Origin: Candidatus Nanoarchaeia archaeon
GTDB taxonomy: Archaea; Nanobdellota; Nanobdellia; JAQUSD01
DNA length: 64,000 bases
Direction of reading: 5' to 3'
Assembly (NCBI GenBank): GCA_028715295.1
Contig: JAQUSD010000001.1
Coordinates: 8,404-72,403 of the forward strand
Below, piece after piece: positions 29,039 through 39,184 of this stretch. Within the stretch, counting starts at the first letter, position 1. Every line of letters begins with the position of its first letter. Under the pieces are notes generated by a model, which saw only the letters and a program-made list of their open reading frames with translations, searched no databases and had not been told where the DNA came from. A program made the position numbers and the translations under genes.

Positions 29039-29719
29039 CTACTCAATTAAATAATACTTCTCAGCATATTTAAATCCATATTTTTTGCCGTTAAGCATCA
29101 TTTTGAATATGACAATAGGCACAAGCAGGTCAAGGAGAACAGACTGGCTTTTGAACTGCCTTAATGCCCTTATTTTCTTTCTAAAAGTGTCTGATATATC
29201 CCATATTATTGTTGCGTCATTCCTGTTAAATAGGTTTATCATATTTGAAACTTCAAATTCATACCTCTCAGGATTATTTTTTGATTTTTCAAGAGCCATG
29301 TCTACAATTCTGTTGACAGCGATATGGTCGGGATGAGTGTCATTTTTTGAATGGTAAAATATCTTTTCAGGATTAAATTCAATTATTAATCCTGAAACTT
29401 TTTCCACTGTTTTTTCATTTACACTGTTTGCAACTTCCAAATCGCTGAAACCCATAAATATTGTTTTATAAGTGCCCAATATTTCATCTGCTTTTTTTGA
29501 CTCCCTGACTCTTTTTCTAACAAGCTTTTCTCCGCTAACCCAGGGCGGAAATTTTTCACCGTATGAAAAAATTACAGAAATTACTTTTTCTCCCTGTTCT
29601 GTAAGCCTTGCTATAACTCCCCCGCACCCAAGCACTTCATCATCGGGGTGCGCAGCAAATACCATTATTGTCATTGTCTTTTCTAATATAGAGCAGTATT
29701 TATTTTTAACCATTGTCAA
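29039..29719 (-). CDS. PIG-L/LmbE-family N-acetylglucosaminyl deacetylase
   Basis: MVFAAHPDDEVLGCGG signature plus conserved HPDH. Confidence 0.8.
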   Translation of the reverse strand: MTMVKNKYCSILEKTMTIMVFAAHPDDEVLGCGGVIARLTEQGEKVISVIFSYGEKFPPWVSGEKLVRKRVRESKKADEILGTYKTIFMGFSDLEVANSVNEKTVEKVSGLIIEFNPEKIFYHSKNDTHPDHIAVNRIVDMALEKSKNNPERYEFEVSNMINLFNRNDATIIWDISDTFRKKIRALRQFKSQSVLLDLLVPIVIFKMMLNGKKYGFKYAEKYYLIE

Positions 29720-29764
29720 TCATGTACATAAACTTTATTTAATTTAACATCAATATAACTCATT

Positions 29765-30460
29765 ATGCAGAAGCTCATTATAGTCTCGGATATACATGCT
29801 AATCTTTCTGCTATGCAGGCTTTTGTGAAAAACCTTGACATGGAGCATGATAAAATCATTAACTGCGGTGATTTAATTGGTTATTACGCTCACCCTAATG
29901 AATGCCTAAAAATAGCACAAGAACTTAATATGGATTCAGTAATAGGTGAACATGAGTATGCACTCCTTAACAATGATATCTCTTTTATGAATAACTTTAG
30001 CAGGGATGCATTAAGATACGCTAAAAGTGTAATTAGCAAAGAAAACATTGATTACATTAAAACATTTCAGGACAATATAAGATTTGAATTCGAAGGAAAA
30101 AAATTTTATGTTTCACATTCAGCTCCAGGATTTCCAATTTGGAAATCAGTACCCCCTGGAACTTCAGCAAATATATACAATGAAATGTTTGAAAAAGTCA
30201 ATTCAGACATAATCATTATGGGGCATACCCACCAACCCTTTGTTCACAGATTCAAGAACGGACTTATTATAAACCCCGGAAGCGCAGGACAGCCAAGGGA
30301 CAGCAACCCAAGACCCAGCTATATTGAACTTAATGTTGAAGATGAAAAAGTAAATGTTGAGATTAAAAGATTTACATATGATATTGAAGAAACAAGAAAA
30401 AGTGTTTTTATGCAGGGGCTTCCTAATTTCCTTTCTGAGAGATTATATATGGGTGTTTAA
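29765..30460 (+). CDS. calcineurin-like metallophosphoesterase
   Basis: Motifs IVSDIHAN, GDLIGY, GHTHQP. Confidence 0.75.
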   Translation: MQKLIIVSDIHANLSAMQAFVKNLDMEHDKIINCGDLIGYYAHPNECLKIAQELNMDSVIGEHEYALLNNDISFMNNFSRDALRYAKSVISKENIDYIKTFQDNIRFEFEGKKFYVSHSAPGFPIWKSVPPGTSANIYNEMFEKVNSDIIIMGHTHQPFVHRFKNGLIINPGSAGQPRDSNPRPSYIELNVEDEKVNVEIKRFTYDIEETRKSVFMQGLPNFLSERLYMGV

Positions 30461-30523
30461 GTCGCACAAACCTTCTGCTTGTTTAAATAACTTTTATATC
30501 TTTAAGTGTTTAAGGTTTAATCA

Positions 30524-31348
30524 ATGGTATTAACCAAAGAAATTGAAAAACAGATAATTGAGTATGTGAAGAAAGAGCCGAGAACAATACAGGACATTGC
30601 ACAGCTGATTAACAAAAGCTGGATTACAGCTGATTCTTATGTTGAAGAGATTAAGGAAAGAACAGGACTTATAAACATCAAAAAATTCCGGGGCGGTACA
30701 AAGGGTTCTGTTAAAATTATATATTGGAATTATAATGAACTTGCCCAGAGTTCTGATATAATGAAAAACCTTTTTGAGCAGATAAAGACTGGCAGGGTTA
30801 AAACAGATTTCAATCCCTTTGATATTTATCAGTTTGTTGATGAAGGCAAAAAATCAGCCATAAAAGAAGAGTATACAGATGATTTTATATCAACAAAACA
30901 GAACCTAATTGAAATTTTCAGAAAAGCAAAGGATACAATATATTGCTTTTCCGGCAATATATCATGGCTTAAAATTGAAGAAAATGGGATTATGGTGGAG
31001 GACGTAGTAAAAGAGCTTGCAGATAAAGGCGTTAAATTCAAGATACTCTGCAGGGTTGATTTCAACACAATAAAGAACATTGATATGATTAAGGATGTTC
31101 CCAACATAGAGATAAAGCACTGCAGACATCCTTTAAGGGGGTTTATAATTGACGATGAACTTCTAAGATTAAAAGGGTTTGAAGAAAAGAATAAATACAA
31201 AGAGGGGGAGCTTGACAAAGATGTGAGGGTGTTTTATAATATTTATGACAGAACTTGGGTGGAATGGGGGCAGAAAGTTTTCTGGAACCTTCATAGAAAT
31301 TCAATACCTGCTGATAAGAGAATAAAAGAAATTGAAGCAATATTTTAA
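30524..31348 (+). CDS. hypothetical protein with N-terminal winged-helix-like region
   Basis: N-terminus (EIEKQIIEYVKKEPRTIQDIAQLINKS) is HTH-like. The C-terminal domain is of unknown function. A degenerate HxK-like segment (IKHCRHPLRGFIIDDE) does not fit the PLD motif. Confidence 0.35.
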   Translation: MVLTKEIEKQIIEYVKKEPRTIQDIAQLINKSWITADSYVEEIKERTGLINIKKFRGGTKGSVKIIYWNYNELAQSSDIMKNLFEQIKTGRVKTDFNPFDIYQFVDEGKKSAIKEEYTDDFISTKQNLIEIFRKAKDTIYCFSGNISWLKIEENGIMVEDVVKELADKGVKFKILCRVDFNTIKNIDMIKDVPNIEIKHCRHPLRGFIIDDELLRLKGFEEKNKYKEGELDKDVRVFYNIYDRTWVEWGQKVFWNLHRNSIPADKRIKEIEAIF

Positions 31349-31732
31349 TTACATGCGTTCAATAAGTTCTGAAAGTTTTCTGCTTAAATGGGAGTAAAGA
31401 GATTTTGAAAAACAACCGGATAAAACAAGAGCGTCTTTTACAAGAGGACTTTCCTTGTTTTTTTCAAAATCCCTGGATTTAACCATTTCAAGAAATCTTA
31501 TATATGAGTCCATCTGGAAATAAAAATCACTAAAATGATTCATGTCTTTTACAAGAGCATAATATTCACTTTCCTTATTTTTATACTCGTTAAGCATGTC
31601 AACTACAAAGTCAATTTTATCAGCAAGTCTTTCTGGCAGAACCCCTTCATTGGAAAGCGCTTCAATGCTTTTCCTGAAATACATGGCTATAAGAGCTGAC
31701 TCTGCAATATCACTTGCTTCTGATTTTCCCAT
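31349..31732 (-). CDS. hypothetical protein
   Basis: 127-aa ORF. No motif. Confidence 0.3.
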   Translation of the reverse strand: MGKSEASDIAESALIAMYFRKSIEALSNEGVLPERLADKIDFVVDMLNEYKNKESEYYALVKDMNHFSDFYFQMDSYIRFLEMVKSRDFEKNKESPLVKDALVLSGCFSKSLYSHLSRKLSELIERM

Positions 31733-31847
31733 AAGTAGAATACCCAGTTAAACACTTATAAAAGTGAGTTATATCATACTTTTAAGTGTTTTAAAAATAA
31801 AAAAGTATTACACTTATTTCTCAAAAAAAATTTGAGAATGTAAAAAC

Positions 31848-32774
31848 TTACATCCCAAAAAGAGTTTGCCAGAAACCTTTCCTCTTTGGAAATGCCTGTC
31901 CTGTTATTTTTTCAAGAAGAACTTTCATGTTCCTTGATGCTTCTGATTTAGGGTGCAGATGCACTACTGGAACTCTTTTTTCTATTGAATCCTTAACATA
32001 ATTGTCTTCAGGTATTATTGCAAGAACAGGGCTGTTAAGAACCTCCTCAACATTCTTAACATAGTATTCATCAATGTCTCCGTTTGTCCTGTTTAAAACA
32101 AGTCCAAGAACGCTTTTTTTCTTTGAAGAAACATAATCTATTGTTCTTTTTGCTTCAAGAAGAGAAGCCCACTCAGGATTTACAACAACAATGCACTCAT
32201 TGCTTGCTTCTATCCCGGAAGTTGTTTCATCCCCCAATGTTGGAGGGCAGTCAAGCAGTACAAAATCCGAATAAGTTGATACTATATCCACCACCTGCTT
32301 GATTTTTTTTGGGTCTGCATCAGAGTCTGCAATATCTGCTGATGCTGGCAGAAGCTTAAGTCCGCTTGGATGGCAGTAAAGAGCTTCAGACAAATCAATA
32401 CCCCTTTTTATAACATCATTGATGGTATTCTTATAAAAATATTCTCCAAGGTAAAGTCCAAGTCCTGCTGAAGTGGTATTTGCATCAACAGCGACTACAT
32501 TTCTGTTGTAATCATAAGCAAGAGCAGCGCCAAGGTTTGCAGTTAATGTTGTTTTCCCAACCCCGCCTTTTCCACTTAAAACAGCAATAACCCTTGGTTT
32601 TTTAGGTTTTGCTTTTTCAGCCGGTTTTTCAATTTTTGAATCAGTTTTTGCATTTGTTTCTGGTTTTATTTCCCCCTGCATCACTTCTTCCTTTATATCC
32701 TGTAATTTTTTATCTACCATGTTCATCACTTGTAAGCTTTTCTGCTGTGTTCTGTCTGAGGAACGCTTTCGCAT
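31848..32774 (-). CDS. minD: MinD/ParA-family P-loop ATPase (archaeal MinD-like)
   Basis: Deviant Walker A (LSGKGGVGKTTLTANLGAALA), VDAN and DCPP motifs. The true start is probably the internal Met (MNMVDKK, ~32726), immediately after the upstream small ORF. Confidence 0.8.
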   Translation of the reverse strand: MRKRSSDRTQQKSLQVMNMVDKKLQDIKEEVMQGEIKPETNAKTDSKIEKPAEKAKPKKPRVIAVLSGKGGVGKTTLTANLGAALAYDYNRNVVAVDANTTSAGLGLYLGEYFYKNTINDVIKRGIDLSEALYCHPSGLKLLPASADIADSDADPKKIKQVVDIVSTYSDFVLLDCPPTLGDETTSGIEASNECIVVVNPEWASLLEAKRTIDYVSSKKKSVLGLVLNRTNGDIDEYYVKNVEEVLNSPVLAIIPEDNYVKDSIEKRVPVVHLHPKSEASRNMKVLLEKITGQAFPKRKGFWQTLFGM

Positions 32775-32950
32775 ATATTGTATTTAATAGCTTCTTCAAC
32801 ATTTCTCTTTACTTTGTTTTTGTCAATTTTCTTTGAAGCTTTCTTTTTTTCATATTTTGGTTTCTGGAATAAAACATTAAAATTAATTTTTCTCATTTTA
32901 TTCCTTGATTCATCCTCATCAGGACCGAAAAGAAAATCAATTATACCCAT
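32726..32950 (-). CDS. small lysine-rich protein, unknown function
   Basis: 74 aa and highly basic. Its stop abuts the probable minD start, which suggests translational coupling. Confidence 0.3.
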   Translation of the reverse strand: MGIIDFLFGPDEDESRNKMRKINFNVLFQKPKYEKKKASKKIDKNKVKRNVEEAIKYNICESVPQTEHSRKAYK

Positions 32951-33048
32951 TTAATCCACCTGTTATATTCTATACTTATCTTAGAAAAATTTATATATCC
33001 TTTTATTAAGACAAGCAAACCAATACAAAGAATAATGCATCCCTCTTT

Positions 33049-33585
33049 TTAATTATAAATTATAGTATCATTTGCAAGAGGTGTAAAATAAACATCATCC
33101 ATAGCCTTATCTAATATTACTATAAATTCATATGGAGGATAATAATTAAACTCATCATTATACTCCGAAATGTACAATATTGAAGGTTCAAAATAAATTG
33201 TAACAATCCCTGTTTTGGAATTAATTTCTTCAACATCATTTCCACTAACAGCAATATAACGCTTGTCTGTCAAACTTTCGTCAGTTACACCTTTATCAGT
33301 CACCAGTACTGTAGAAATGAAATAACGGGTTGATGAATCATAATTTCCAATATTATACTCAACTGTCAAAGCTACCATTGTTTGGTAATCAATATCTGCA
33401 CCCTCAGCAGGAACTGCAGAGATAATAGATATTGAAGAATGTTCAAAAAGAACATTATTATCTGAACCATTAAGGGTATTTAATAAACCAGGAGTTAAAA
33501 GAATAAGCAATGCAATAATCACACCTATAATTATAATCACTATTAAAAAGAGCGGTAATAATTTTGGAAATGATGTTTTTTTCAC
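33049..33585 (-). CDS. membrane-anchored or secreted protein, unknown function
   Basis: N-terminal basic segment plus a long hydrophobic helix (LLPLFLIVIIIIGVIIALLILL), possibly a class III (pilin-like) signal. Ser/Thr/Asn-rich ectodomain. Confidence 0.4.
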   Translation of the reverse strand: MKKTSFPKLLPLFLIVIIIIGVIIALLILLTPGLLNTLNGSDNNVLFEHSSISIISAVPAEGADIDYQTMVALTVEYNIGNYDSSTRYFISTVLVTDKGVTDESLTDKRYIAVSGNDVEEINSKTGIVTIYFEPSILYISEYNDEFNYYPPYEFIVILDKAMDDVYFTPLANDTIIYN

Positions 33586-33608
33586 AAATAGGTATATTTT
33601 CCTGAAGT

Positions 33609-34202
33609 TTATATTTGTTTACTTTTATGTAAAAATCCATAATGCTTAATTGGAATCTTTTTGTTAGAACCTGCAAGTTTGTAATAAACAACAGGAAGTG
33701 CCACTGAAAGAAATATTGTTATCCCTGAGATAACATTTTTGTTTAATATTGGTGCTGGTGTAAAAGGCAGGGTGATGAAATAATCAGAAACATCCTGCAA
33801 AAGGAATAATACAGATGCAAGCCACCATCTGACTTTCTTAACCCCTATCAACAAAAATGCCTCAAGAATCATAACAGTATGCAGAGCCATATTGAATACA
33901 ATAGTGCCTGCATTATCACCTCCAAAGTAATAAGATGGCTGTTCAAAATAAACACTCAATGTCCAAACACCATATTTAATTAAAGCAGTGAAGGTTACCA
34001 TTGCAAAAAAAGTCCACCACTTATTTTTTTCTTTTCTAAAAATAATCAATACTGCAAATAAAAGGGCCGCAATAGGGCAGTCAGGAACAAAAATCCAGAG
34101 AAAAAACGGCGTCTGTATAAGCTGTGGGTAATAAAGGTAAAATCCATAGACAGCAAAAACAATATTCATAGCAACTAAAAAAACAATTAGCTCTTTGTCC
34201 AT
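33609..34202 (-). CDS. DUF1405-family membrane protein (paralog 3)
   Basis: WIFVPDCPIAALLF and MILEAFLLIG motifs. Same family as the 25022 and 25586 ORFs. Confidence 0.5.
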   Translation of the reverse strand: MDKELIVFLVAMNIVFAVYGFYLYYPQLIQTPFFLWIFVPDCPIAALLFAVLIIFRKEKNKWWTFFAMVTFTALIKYGVWTLSVYFEQPSYYFGGDNAGTIVFNMALHTVMILEAFLLIGVKKVRWWLASVLFLLQDVSDYFITLPFTPAPILNKNVISGITIFLSVALPVVYYKLAGSNKKIPIKHYGFLHKSKQI

Positions 34203-34809
34203 TGTAATTACAAATAGGGGAATATTTATAACAAATATGATTTTAGTGTTGTATATGGTTGATTTACTTGGACAGATTTTGACAAATATAGGAAGTGAAA
34301 CATTCTACACTTTCTTTATAAAAGCAGTTAATGTGTTGATAATCATTATACTGGGCTTCTTTATTGTAAGATTGTCAGGAAGCCTTATAAGCAAAATATT
34401 CAATCTTAATAAAATAAAAGCAAAACTAGAATTATCAGGATATGGAAAAAGTTTTGAAAGTCTTGTTTCAACTGTTGTAAAATACAGCATTTATTTCATA
34501 GTTGCAATAGCTGTTCTGCATCAGGTGGGTATGTCTCAGATTGTTCTATATTTAATTTCAGCAGTGATAACAATAATCTTCCTTCTCGCTGTTTCTGTAT
34601 CTGTAATTGATTTCTTCCCAAATATGGCTGCCGGGTTTTACATAAGAAGACACAAGCTTGTTAAAAAAGGTGATAAAGTAAGATTAAAAAATATATCTGG
34701 TATTGTTCAACAAGTAGGGATAACATCAACACTTTTAAAAACAAAGGATAAAAACGCTGTTGTTCCAAATTCAAAGATAATGCACGAAGCCATTATTAAA
34801 AAGAAATAA
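34195..34809 (+). CDS. small-conductance mechanosensitive channel (MscS-like)
   Basis: Three TM helices followed by the beta-domain signature (NISGIVQQVGITSTLLKTKDKNAVVPNS). Confidence 0.65.
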   Translation: MSIVITNRGIFITNMILVLYMVDLLGQILTNIGSETFYTFFIKAVNVLIIIILGFFIVRLSGSLISKIFNLNKIKAKLELSGYGKSFESLVSTVVKYSIYFIVAIAVLHQVGMSQIVLYLISAVITIIFLLAVSVSVIDFFPNMAAGFYIRRHKLVKKGDKVRLKNISGIVQQVGITSTLLKTKDKNAVVPNSKIMHEAIIKKK

Positions 34810-34830
34810 AATCAAAAACAGGTATTAAAA

Positions 34831-35511
34831 ATGTTTGAAGATATGATAGGCTGGTGGCTGGGCCAGATAACATTGTGGGTTTCTGCTTTTGGTTATGCAG
34901 GACTTCTCATAGCTATGGTGGTTCAGGCAATTATAGTAATCATCCCTTCTGAAGGAGTTCTTATGCTAGCAGGTGCTGTTTTCGGGCTTTTTGGTGCAGG
35001 TATTTTCGGTGGAATCGGCGAACTTTTAGGTGCTGTAACTGGGTTTTATATTGCTAAGAAAGGCGGGCGTCCTATTGCTGAAAAACTTGTTGGCAAGGAT
35101 AATATAAAATTTGCAGATAAATGGTTTGAGAGATGGGGCGGGTGGGCTGTTCTTGCAGCAAGACTTGCACCATTTATTCCTTTTGATGCAATCTCATATG
35201 GTGCTGGACTTACCAAGATAAAATTCTCAACATTCATGAAAGCAACAACAGTTGGTGCATTCCCAAGGGCTTTTTTCTTTGCATGGCTAGGCATACTTGC
35301 ACAGCAGAAAATAGCAACTGAAGGTTTTGAAGGATTTTTCTCAGCAACTTTTGGGGTAATTGCAGGAATTATACTGTTAATGGTTGTTTTAAACCATTAT
35401 GTTGTTAAAAAATATGTTAAAAAACAAGATAAGACTGCTGTGCGCGAATTAATAGATGCGGCTAATTCTGAGGCCATAGTCCCTGTTCCAGAAGAATCTA
35501 ACAAAGAATAA
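34831..35511 (+). CDS. DedA/SNARE-associated (TVP38/TMEM64) family membrane protein
   Basis: VIIPSEGVLMLAGAVFG and ARLAPFIPFDAISYGAGLT motifs. Confidence 0.75.
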   Translation: MFEDMIGWWLGQITLWVSAFGYAGLLIAMVVQAIIVIIPSEGVLMLAGAVFGLFGAGIFGGIGELLGAVTGFYIAKKGGRPIAEKLVGKDNIKFADKWFERWGGWAVLAARLAPFIPFDAISYGAGLTKIKFSTFMKATTVGAFPRAFFFAWLGILAQQKIATEGFEGFFSATFGVIAGIILLMVVLNHYVVKKYVKKQDKTAVRELIDAANSEAIVPVPEESNKE

Positions 35512-35537
35512 ATACCACAAATAATTATATAATTTCT

Positions 35538-36071
35538 ATGTATGTTGATGATGTAGTGGGTGAATTTTTTAAAACACTTAGAAACCCTGTGCTTGACTGG
35601 TTTGCTATTTTTGTGCATTACGGGCTTTACTTTTCAGTTGTTATTGCTTTTGTACTTGTTATGTATGTTGTTAAAAAAAGGAAAGAATCTTTTATGCTTC
35701 TTAATGCAATACTTTTCAACACTTTTTTTGTTTATATTATAAAGCAGATAGTGAGAAGAATCCGTCCTGATGTTTTATTCAATCTTTTGTTTATGGACAG
35801 ATTTTCATTTCCAAGTGGGCATACTTCAATTGCATTTGTAATTGCAACAACAATGTCCCATTACAGCAGGAAACACAATAAAATTCTGCTTTTCATTCTT
35901 GCAGTTTTAGTTGGGTTTTCAAGGATTTATCTCAATGCCCACTATTTTACTGATGTTCTTTTCGGAGCTTTATTCGGTGTGTTTACATCTCTGTTTATAG
36001 GAAAATATGAGGGAGTTATATTGAAATGGGAAAGGAAAGTATCAAAAAAAATGAAGTCATTTTTGAAATAA
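35538..36071 (+). CDS. PAP2-family lipid phosphatase
   Basis: KxxxxxxRP (KQIVRRIRPD), PSGH (SFPSGHTS) and SRxxxxxHxxxD (SRIYLNAHYFTD) motifs. Confidence 0.8.
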   Translation: MYVDDVVGEFFKTLRNPVLDWFAIFVHYGLYFSVVIAFVLVMYVVKKRKESFMLLNAILFNTFFVYIIKQIVRRIRPDVLFNLLFMDRFSFPSGHTSIAFVIATTMSHYSRKHNKILLFILAVLVGFSRIYLNAHYFTDVLFGALFGVFTSLFIGKYEGVILKWERKVSKKMKSFLK

Positions 36072-36607
36072 GAAGACAGATATTCCATATGATAGTTGGA
36101 TTATCATTAGGGTTATTTCTCCTTATGTATGGGAAAACAGCAAGCATTGTCTTCTTTTCAGTGATGATACTTCTTGGGTTGTATATAAAACACAAAGTTG
36201 AGAAAAAAAATTATGTAAAAATTATCTCTGGACTGCTTGATATTTTTGAAAGAGAAAAAGACAGTTCAAACCCTGGAAAAGGAGCAATGTATCTGCTCAT
36301 CGGCTCGGCTCTTGCAGTTATTCTGTTTGAGCTTGTTCCTGCTTTTTATGGCATACTTGTTATTTCCCTATCAGATGCATTTTCAACAATAGTTGGCAAG
36401 GCTTTTGGAAGAAAAAGAAGTTGGAATAAAAGCATTTTGGGGAGTTTTACATTTTTTATAACAACTTATGCAATACTGCTTGTTCCTTATGGGTTGTATT
36501 ATTCTTTTTTTGTTGCTGTTCTTGCATCTTTCGCTGAAGCACTTCCTAAATTAAATGACAACATTATAATCCCTGTTTTTGTTGGTTTTCTTCTGCAGAT
36601 AGTTTAA
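36026..36607 (+). CDS. CTP-dependent polyprenol (dolichol) kinase-like membrane protein
   Basis: Polytopic. SDAFSTIVGKAFGRK resembles the dolichol/phytol kinase (CTP-transferase 1 superfamily) loop. Confidence 0.4.
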   Translation: MGKESIKKNEVIFEIRRQIFHMIVGLSLGLFLLMYGKTASIVFFSVMILLGLYIKHKVEKKNYVKIISGLLDIFEREKDSSNPGKGAMYLLIGSALAVILFELVPAFYGILVISLSDAFSTIVGKAFGRKRSWNKSILGSFTFFITTYAILLVPYGLYYSFFVAVLASFAEALPKLNDNIIIPVFVGFLLQIV

Positions 36608-36634
36608 TTTTTAAATTAAAATGTTCTATATTTT

Positions 36635-36901
36635 TTGATGAATAAAACATATTTTTATAAGACAATAATCACCTTAATTGCTGTAGTTTCTCTTGGGTTT
36701 GTAATGCTGGATGGAGTTATTACCACAGGTAATGCAGTGGCTGATATTCAAAAAAACATTGAAATCAAATGCTGTTCTGAATGTATTTCAAAAGCTGGAA
36801 ATTCCGGACTTTCAGACGATTGTTCTGAATTTGCAGAAGGTGAATGCATAAACTATTTTAATGAAAATAAACATAATGTTGAAGAATGCAGGCTGAATTA
36901 A
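36635..36901 (+). CDS. small secreted Cys-rich protein
   Basis: Signal/TM helix then CCSEC...DDCSEFAEGEC...EEC. Confidence 0.35.
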   Translation: MMNKTYFYKTIITLIAVVSLGFVMLDGVITTGNAVADIQKNIEIKCCSECISKAGNSGLSDDCSEFAEGECINYFNENKHNVEECRLN

Positions 36902-37147
36902 ATGAATGCTCTGAATAAATTATGGAACAAATTGAATGCAAATAACACTGCTTTGGTTTCTGCAGTAGTGCTGATTGCAACAGGTATATTTCTTATAATT
37001 GATAAATGGTTTATTAATGCTTTTATGTATGATTATGAAATAATCTTTGGTTCAAAAGCTCTTGCTGTTGACAATATTATAAACCATGACTGGGGCGGTG
37101 CAGTATTCTTAATAATTGGATTAATTACACTTATAAAAAATAAATAG
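36902..37147 (+). CDS. small membrane protein
   Basis: 81 aa, two TM helices. Confidence 0.3.
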   Translation: MNALNKLWNKLNANNTALVSAVVLIATGIFLIIDKWFINAFMYDYEIIFGSKALAVDNIINHDWGGAVFLIIGLITLIKNK

Positions 37148-37148
37148 A

Positions 37149-38516
37149 TTAACCAATTTTTATGTGCAACTCTTTAAGCTGTTTTGAATCAACTGATGAA
37201 GGAGCACCCATCATTAAATCTTTTGCAGCTTTATTCTTAGGAAATGCAATAACATCTCTTATGCTTTCAGTTCCTGACATGATTGCTGAAATTCTGTCAA
37301 GTCCTATTGCAAACCCACCATGAGGAGGTGCGAATTTTAATGCCTCAAGAAGAAATCCAAACCTTTCCTTTGCTTTTTTATCACTAATTTTAATTATCTT
37401 GAATATTTTAGCCTGAAGTTCAGGTTCTGAAATCCTAATTGAACCGCTTCCAAGTTCAATACCGTTTAAAACCAAGTCATAGCACTTTGCCTTTACTTTT
37501 TCAGGATGTGTGTCAAGCATAGCAATATCTTCTTCCTGTGGCATTGTAAAAGGATGATGTGCAGGAGAAAGCTGTTTCTCTTCGGCATTGTATTCAAACA
37601 ATGGAAAGTCTGTAACCCAGCAGAATGCAAATTCTTTTGGATTATTTTTGTCTTTTCTCAAGTCAGGCTTATCTGATTTATATTTTTTCATTGCTTCATC
37701 ATAAGTCATTCTTGGAAATGGAATTTTAAGCTTTAAATTAAGAACTCCTTCAAAAAGCTCTTTCATATAACCTTCCATTACGGAATATACATCTTCTTCC
37801 TCTACAAAGCTCATTTCTAAATCCACCTGGGTGAATTCAGGCTGTCTGTCTTTTCTTAAATCTTCATCCCTGAAACATCTTGCTATCTGGAAGTATTTGT
37901 CAAATCCCGCTATCATTAAGCTCTGTTTTAATAATTGAGGGCTTTGAGGAAGTGCATAGAATTCTCCTGGATTTACTCTTGAAGGGACTACATAATCTCT
38001 TGCTCCTTCAGGAGTTGTTTTGATTAAACAAGGAGTTTCTATGTAAAGAAAACCCTGCTTGTCAAAATAATCCATTGTTGACTTTGTTATTTTATGCCTT
38101 AATATTATATTTTTTTGGAGATTGTCCTGTCTTAAATCCAGATATCTATACTGAAGCTTTAAGTCCTCATTTACAACTTCTCCTTGGTTGATTTCAAAAG
38201 GGAGTTTTGGAGGGTTGTTAAGTATCTGTATTTTATCAGCTTTTACTTCAATTTCTCCTGTTGCTAAATCCTTGTTTTCCTTTCCTTTAAGACGGGGTTT
38301 TACTTCTCCTTCAATAAGTATTACACTTTCATTTTTTATCTTATCAATATCGGGGAGATTATTCATCATTACAATCTGTGTTTTTCCGTATCTGTCTCTT
38401 AAATCTGCGAAAAGTATTTTTCCGTGTGCTCTGACTGAGTCAACCCAGCCAGTAAGTTTAACCTTTTTTCCAGAGTGTTTTTTAGTTAATTCCCCGCAAG
38501 TGTGTGTTCTTAGCAT
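37149..38516 (-). CDS. aspS: aspartyl-tRNA synthetase, archaeal type
   Basis: N-terminal OB fold (MLRTHTCGELT...KLTGWV...GKILFADLRDRYG). Class II motifs (FRDEDLR, GSGSIRI, GGFAIGLDR). Confidence 0.85.
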   Translation of the reverse strand: MLRTHTCGELTKKHSGKKVKLTGWVDSVRAHGKILFADLRDRYGKTQIVMMNNLPDIDKIKNESVILIEGEVKPRLKGKENKDLATGEIEVKADKIQILNNPPKLPFEINQGEVVNEDLKLQYRYLDLRQDNLQKNIILRHKITKSTMDYFDKQGFLYIETPCLIKTTPEGARDYVVPSRVNPGEFYALPQSPQLLKQSLMIAGFDKYFQIARCFRDEDLRKDRQPEFTQVDLEMSFVEEEDVYSVMEGYMKELFEGVLNLKLKIPFPRMTYDEAMKKYKSDKPDLRKDKNNPKEFAFCWVTDFPLFEYNAEEKQLSPAHHPFTMPQEEDIAMLDTHPEKVKAKCYDLVLNGIELGSGSIRISEPELQAKIFKIIKISDKKAKERFGFLLEALKFAPPHGGFAIGLDRISAIMSGTESIRDVIAFPKNKAAKDLMMGAPSSVDSKQLKELHIKIG

Positions 38517-38656
38517 AAGGATAAAATAAATGCTGATAAATTATAAAACTAACGCTTAACTGAATTTAGGGATAACCTAACCAGTTTAAAGTTGTGGGGT
38601 TATGATTAGTGAGAGTAATGTTGATGATGAGTTATATGGGGGGGATTAAGGACCTA

Positions 38657-39184
38657 TTAAGTAAAATTAGAACATTCCAAATACCATTTATTCCAATCTG
38701 CAATAGGATTATCAGTCCATGCATTAGCGAGTAGTGTTTGCAACAGCATAGAAGTAAACAGTATTAGTAAAAGTATGGAAAATGATAACATGAATTGTGA
38801 TTTCTTTGACTTAAATTTTTTATTAAATTTAAATGAGGAAAAAAGTAGAATAGATGAAAGTATGATTGATGGGATTAACAAATATGACTCATAGATGACG
38901 CCAGCATAATTTATTTTCGCTTTTTCTTCTTTAGATAGAGAATTATAATTTTCACAATCCAATTTTGAAATGGGTTTTGCTTCTGCTAAACCCCACTCAT
39001 CTATTCTACTAAAATCAGGAATATAATTTATTTTTGTTAAGCTAAGAGTTATATTAAATTTACTTGCTTCAATAATATGTCCTTCTTCATGTAAATATGT
39101 TTTTAGTAATAAAAAAGAGTAAGTTATAATTAACATTAAAAAGAGTAATTGTAGTGTTATTTTTATTGTTTCTTTTATTTTCAT
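38657..39184 (-). CDS. small membrane protein with HExxH (HEEGH) metalloprotease-like motif
   Basis: HEEGH directly follows TM1 (LLLKTYLHEEGHIIEA), with two further C-terminal TM helices. The start/stop overlaps the type IIG gene as ATGA, which suggests co-transcription. Confidence 0.4.
   Translation of the reverse strand: MKIKETIKITLQLLFLMLIITYSFLLLKTYLHEEGHIIEASKFNITLSLTKINYIPDFSRIDEWGLAEAKPISKLDCENYNSLSKEEKAKINYAGVIYESYLLIPSIILSSILLFSSFKFNKKFKSKKSQFMLSFSILLLILFTSMLLQTLLANAWTDNPIADWNKWYLECSNFT

Noticed and set aside
30524-31348. Phospholipase-D-like (HKD) nuclease call for the 274-aa ORF
   Set aside because: The segment IKHCRHPLRGFIIDDE superficially resembles HxK(x)4D, but the Lys is absent and the spacing is off by one. 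The evidence is insufficient.
38600-38640. Possible C/D-box sRNA (UGAUGA at ~38612) between aspS and the HExxH membrane gene
   Set aside because: A C-box-like UGAUGA is present, but no convincing D box (CUGA) or terminal stem at appropriate spacing could be identified.
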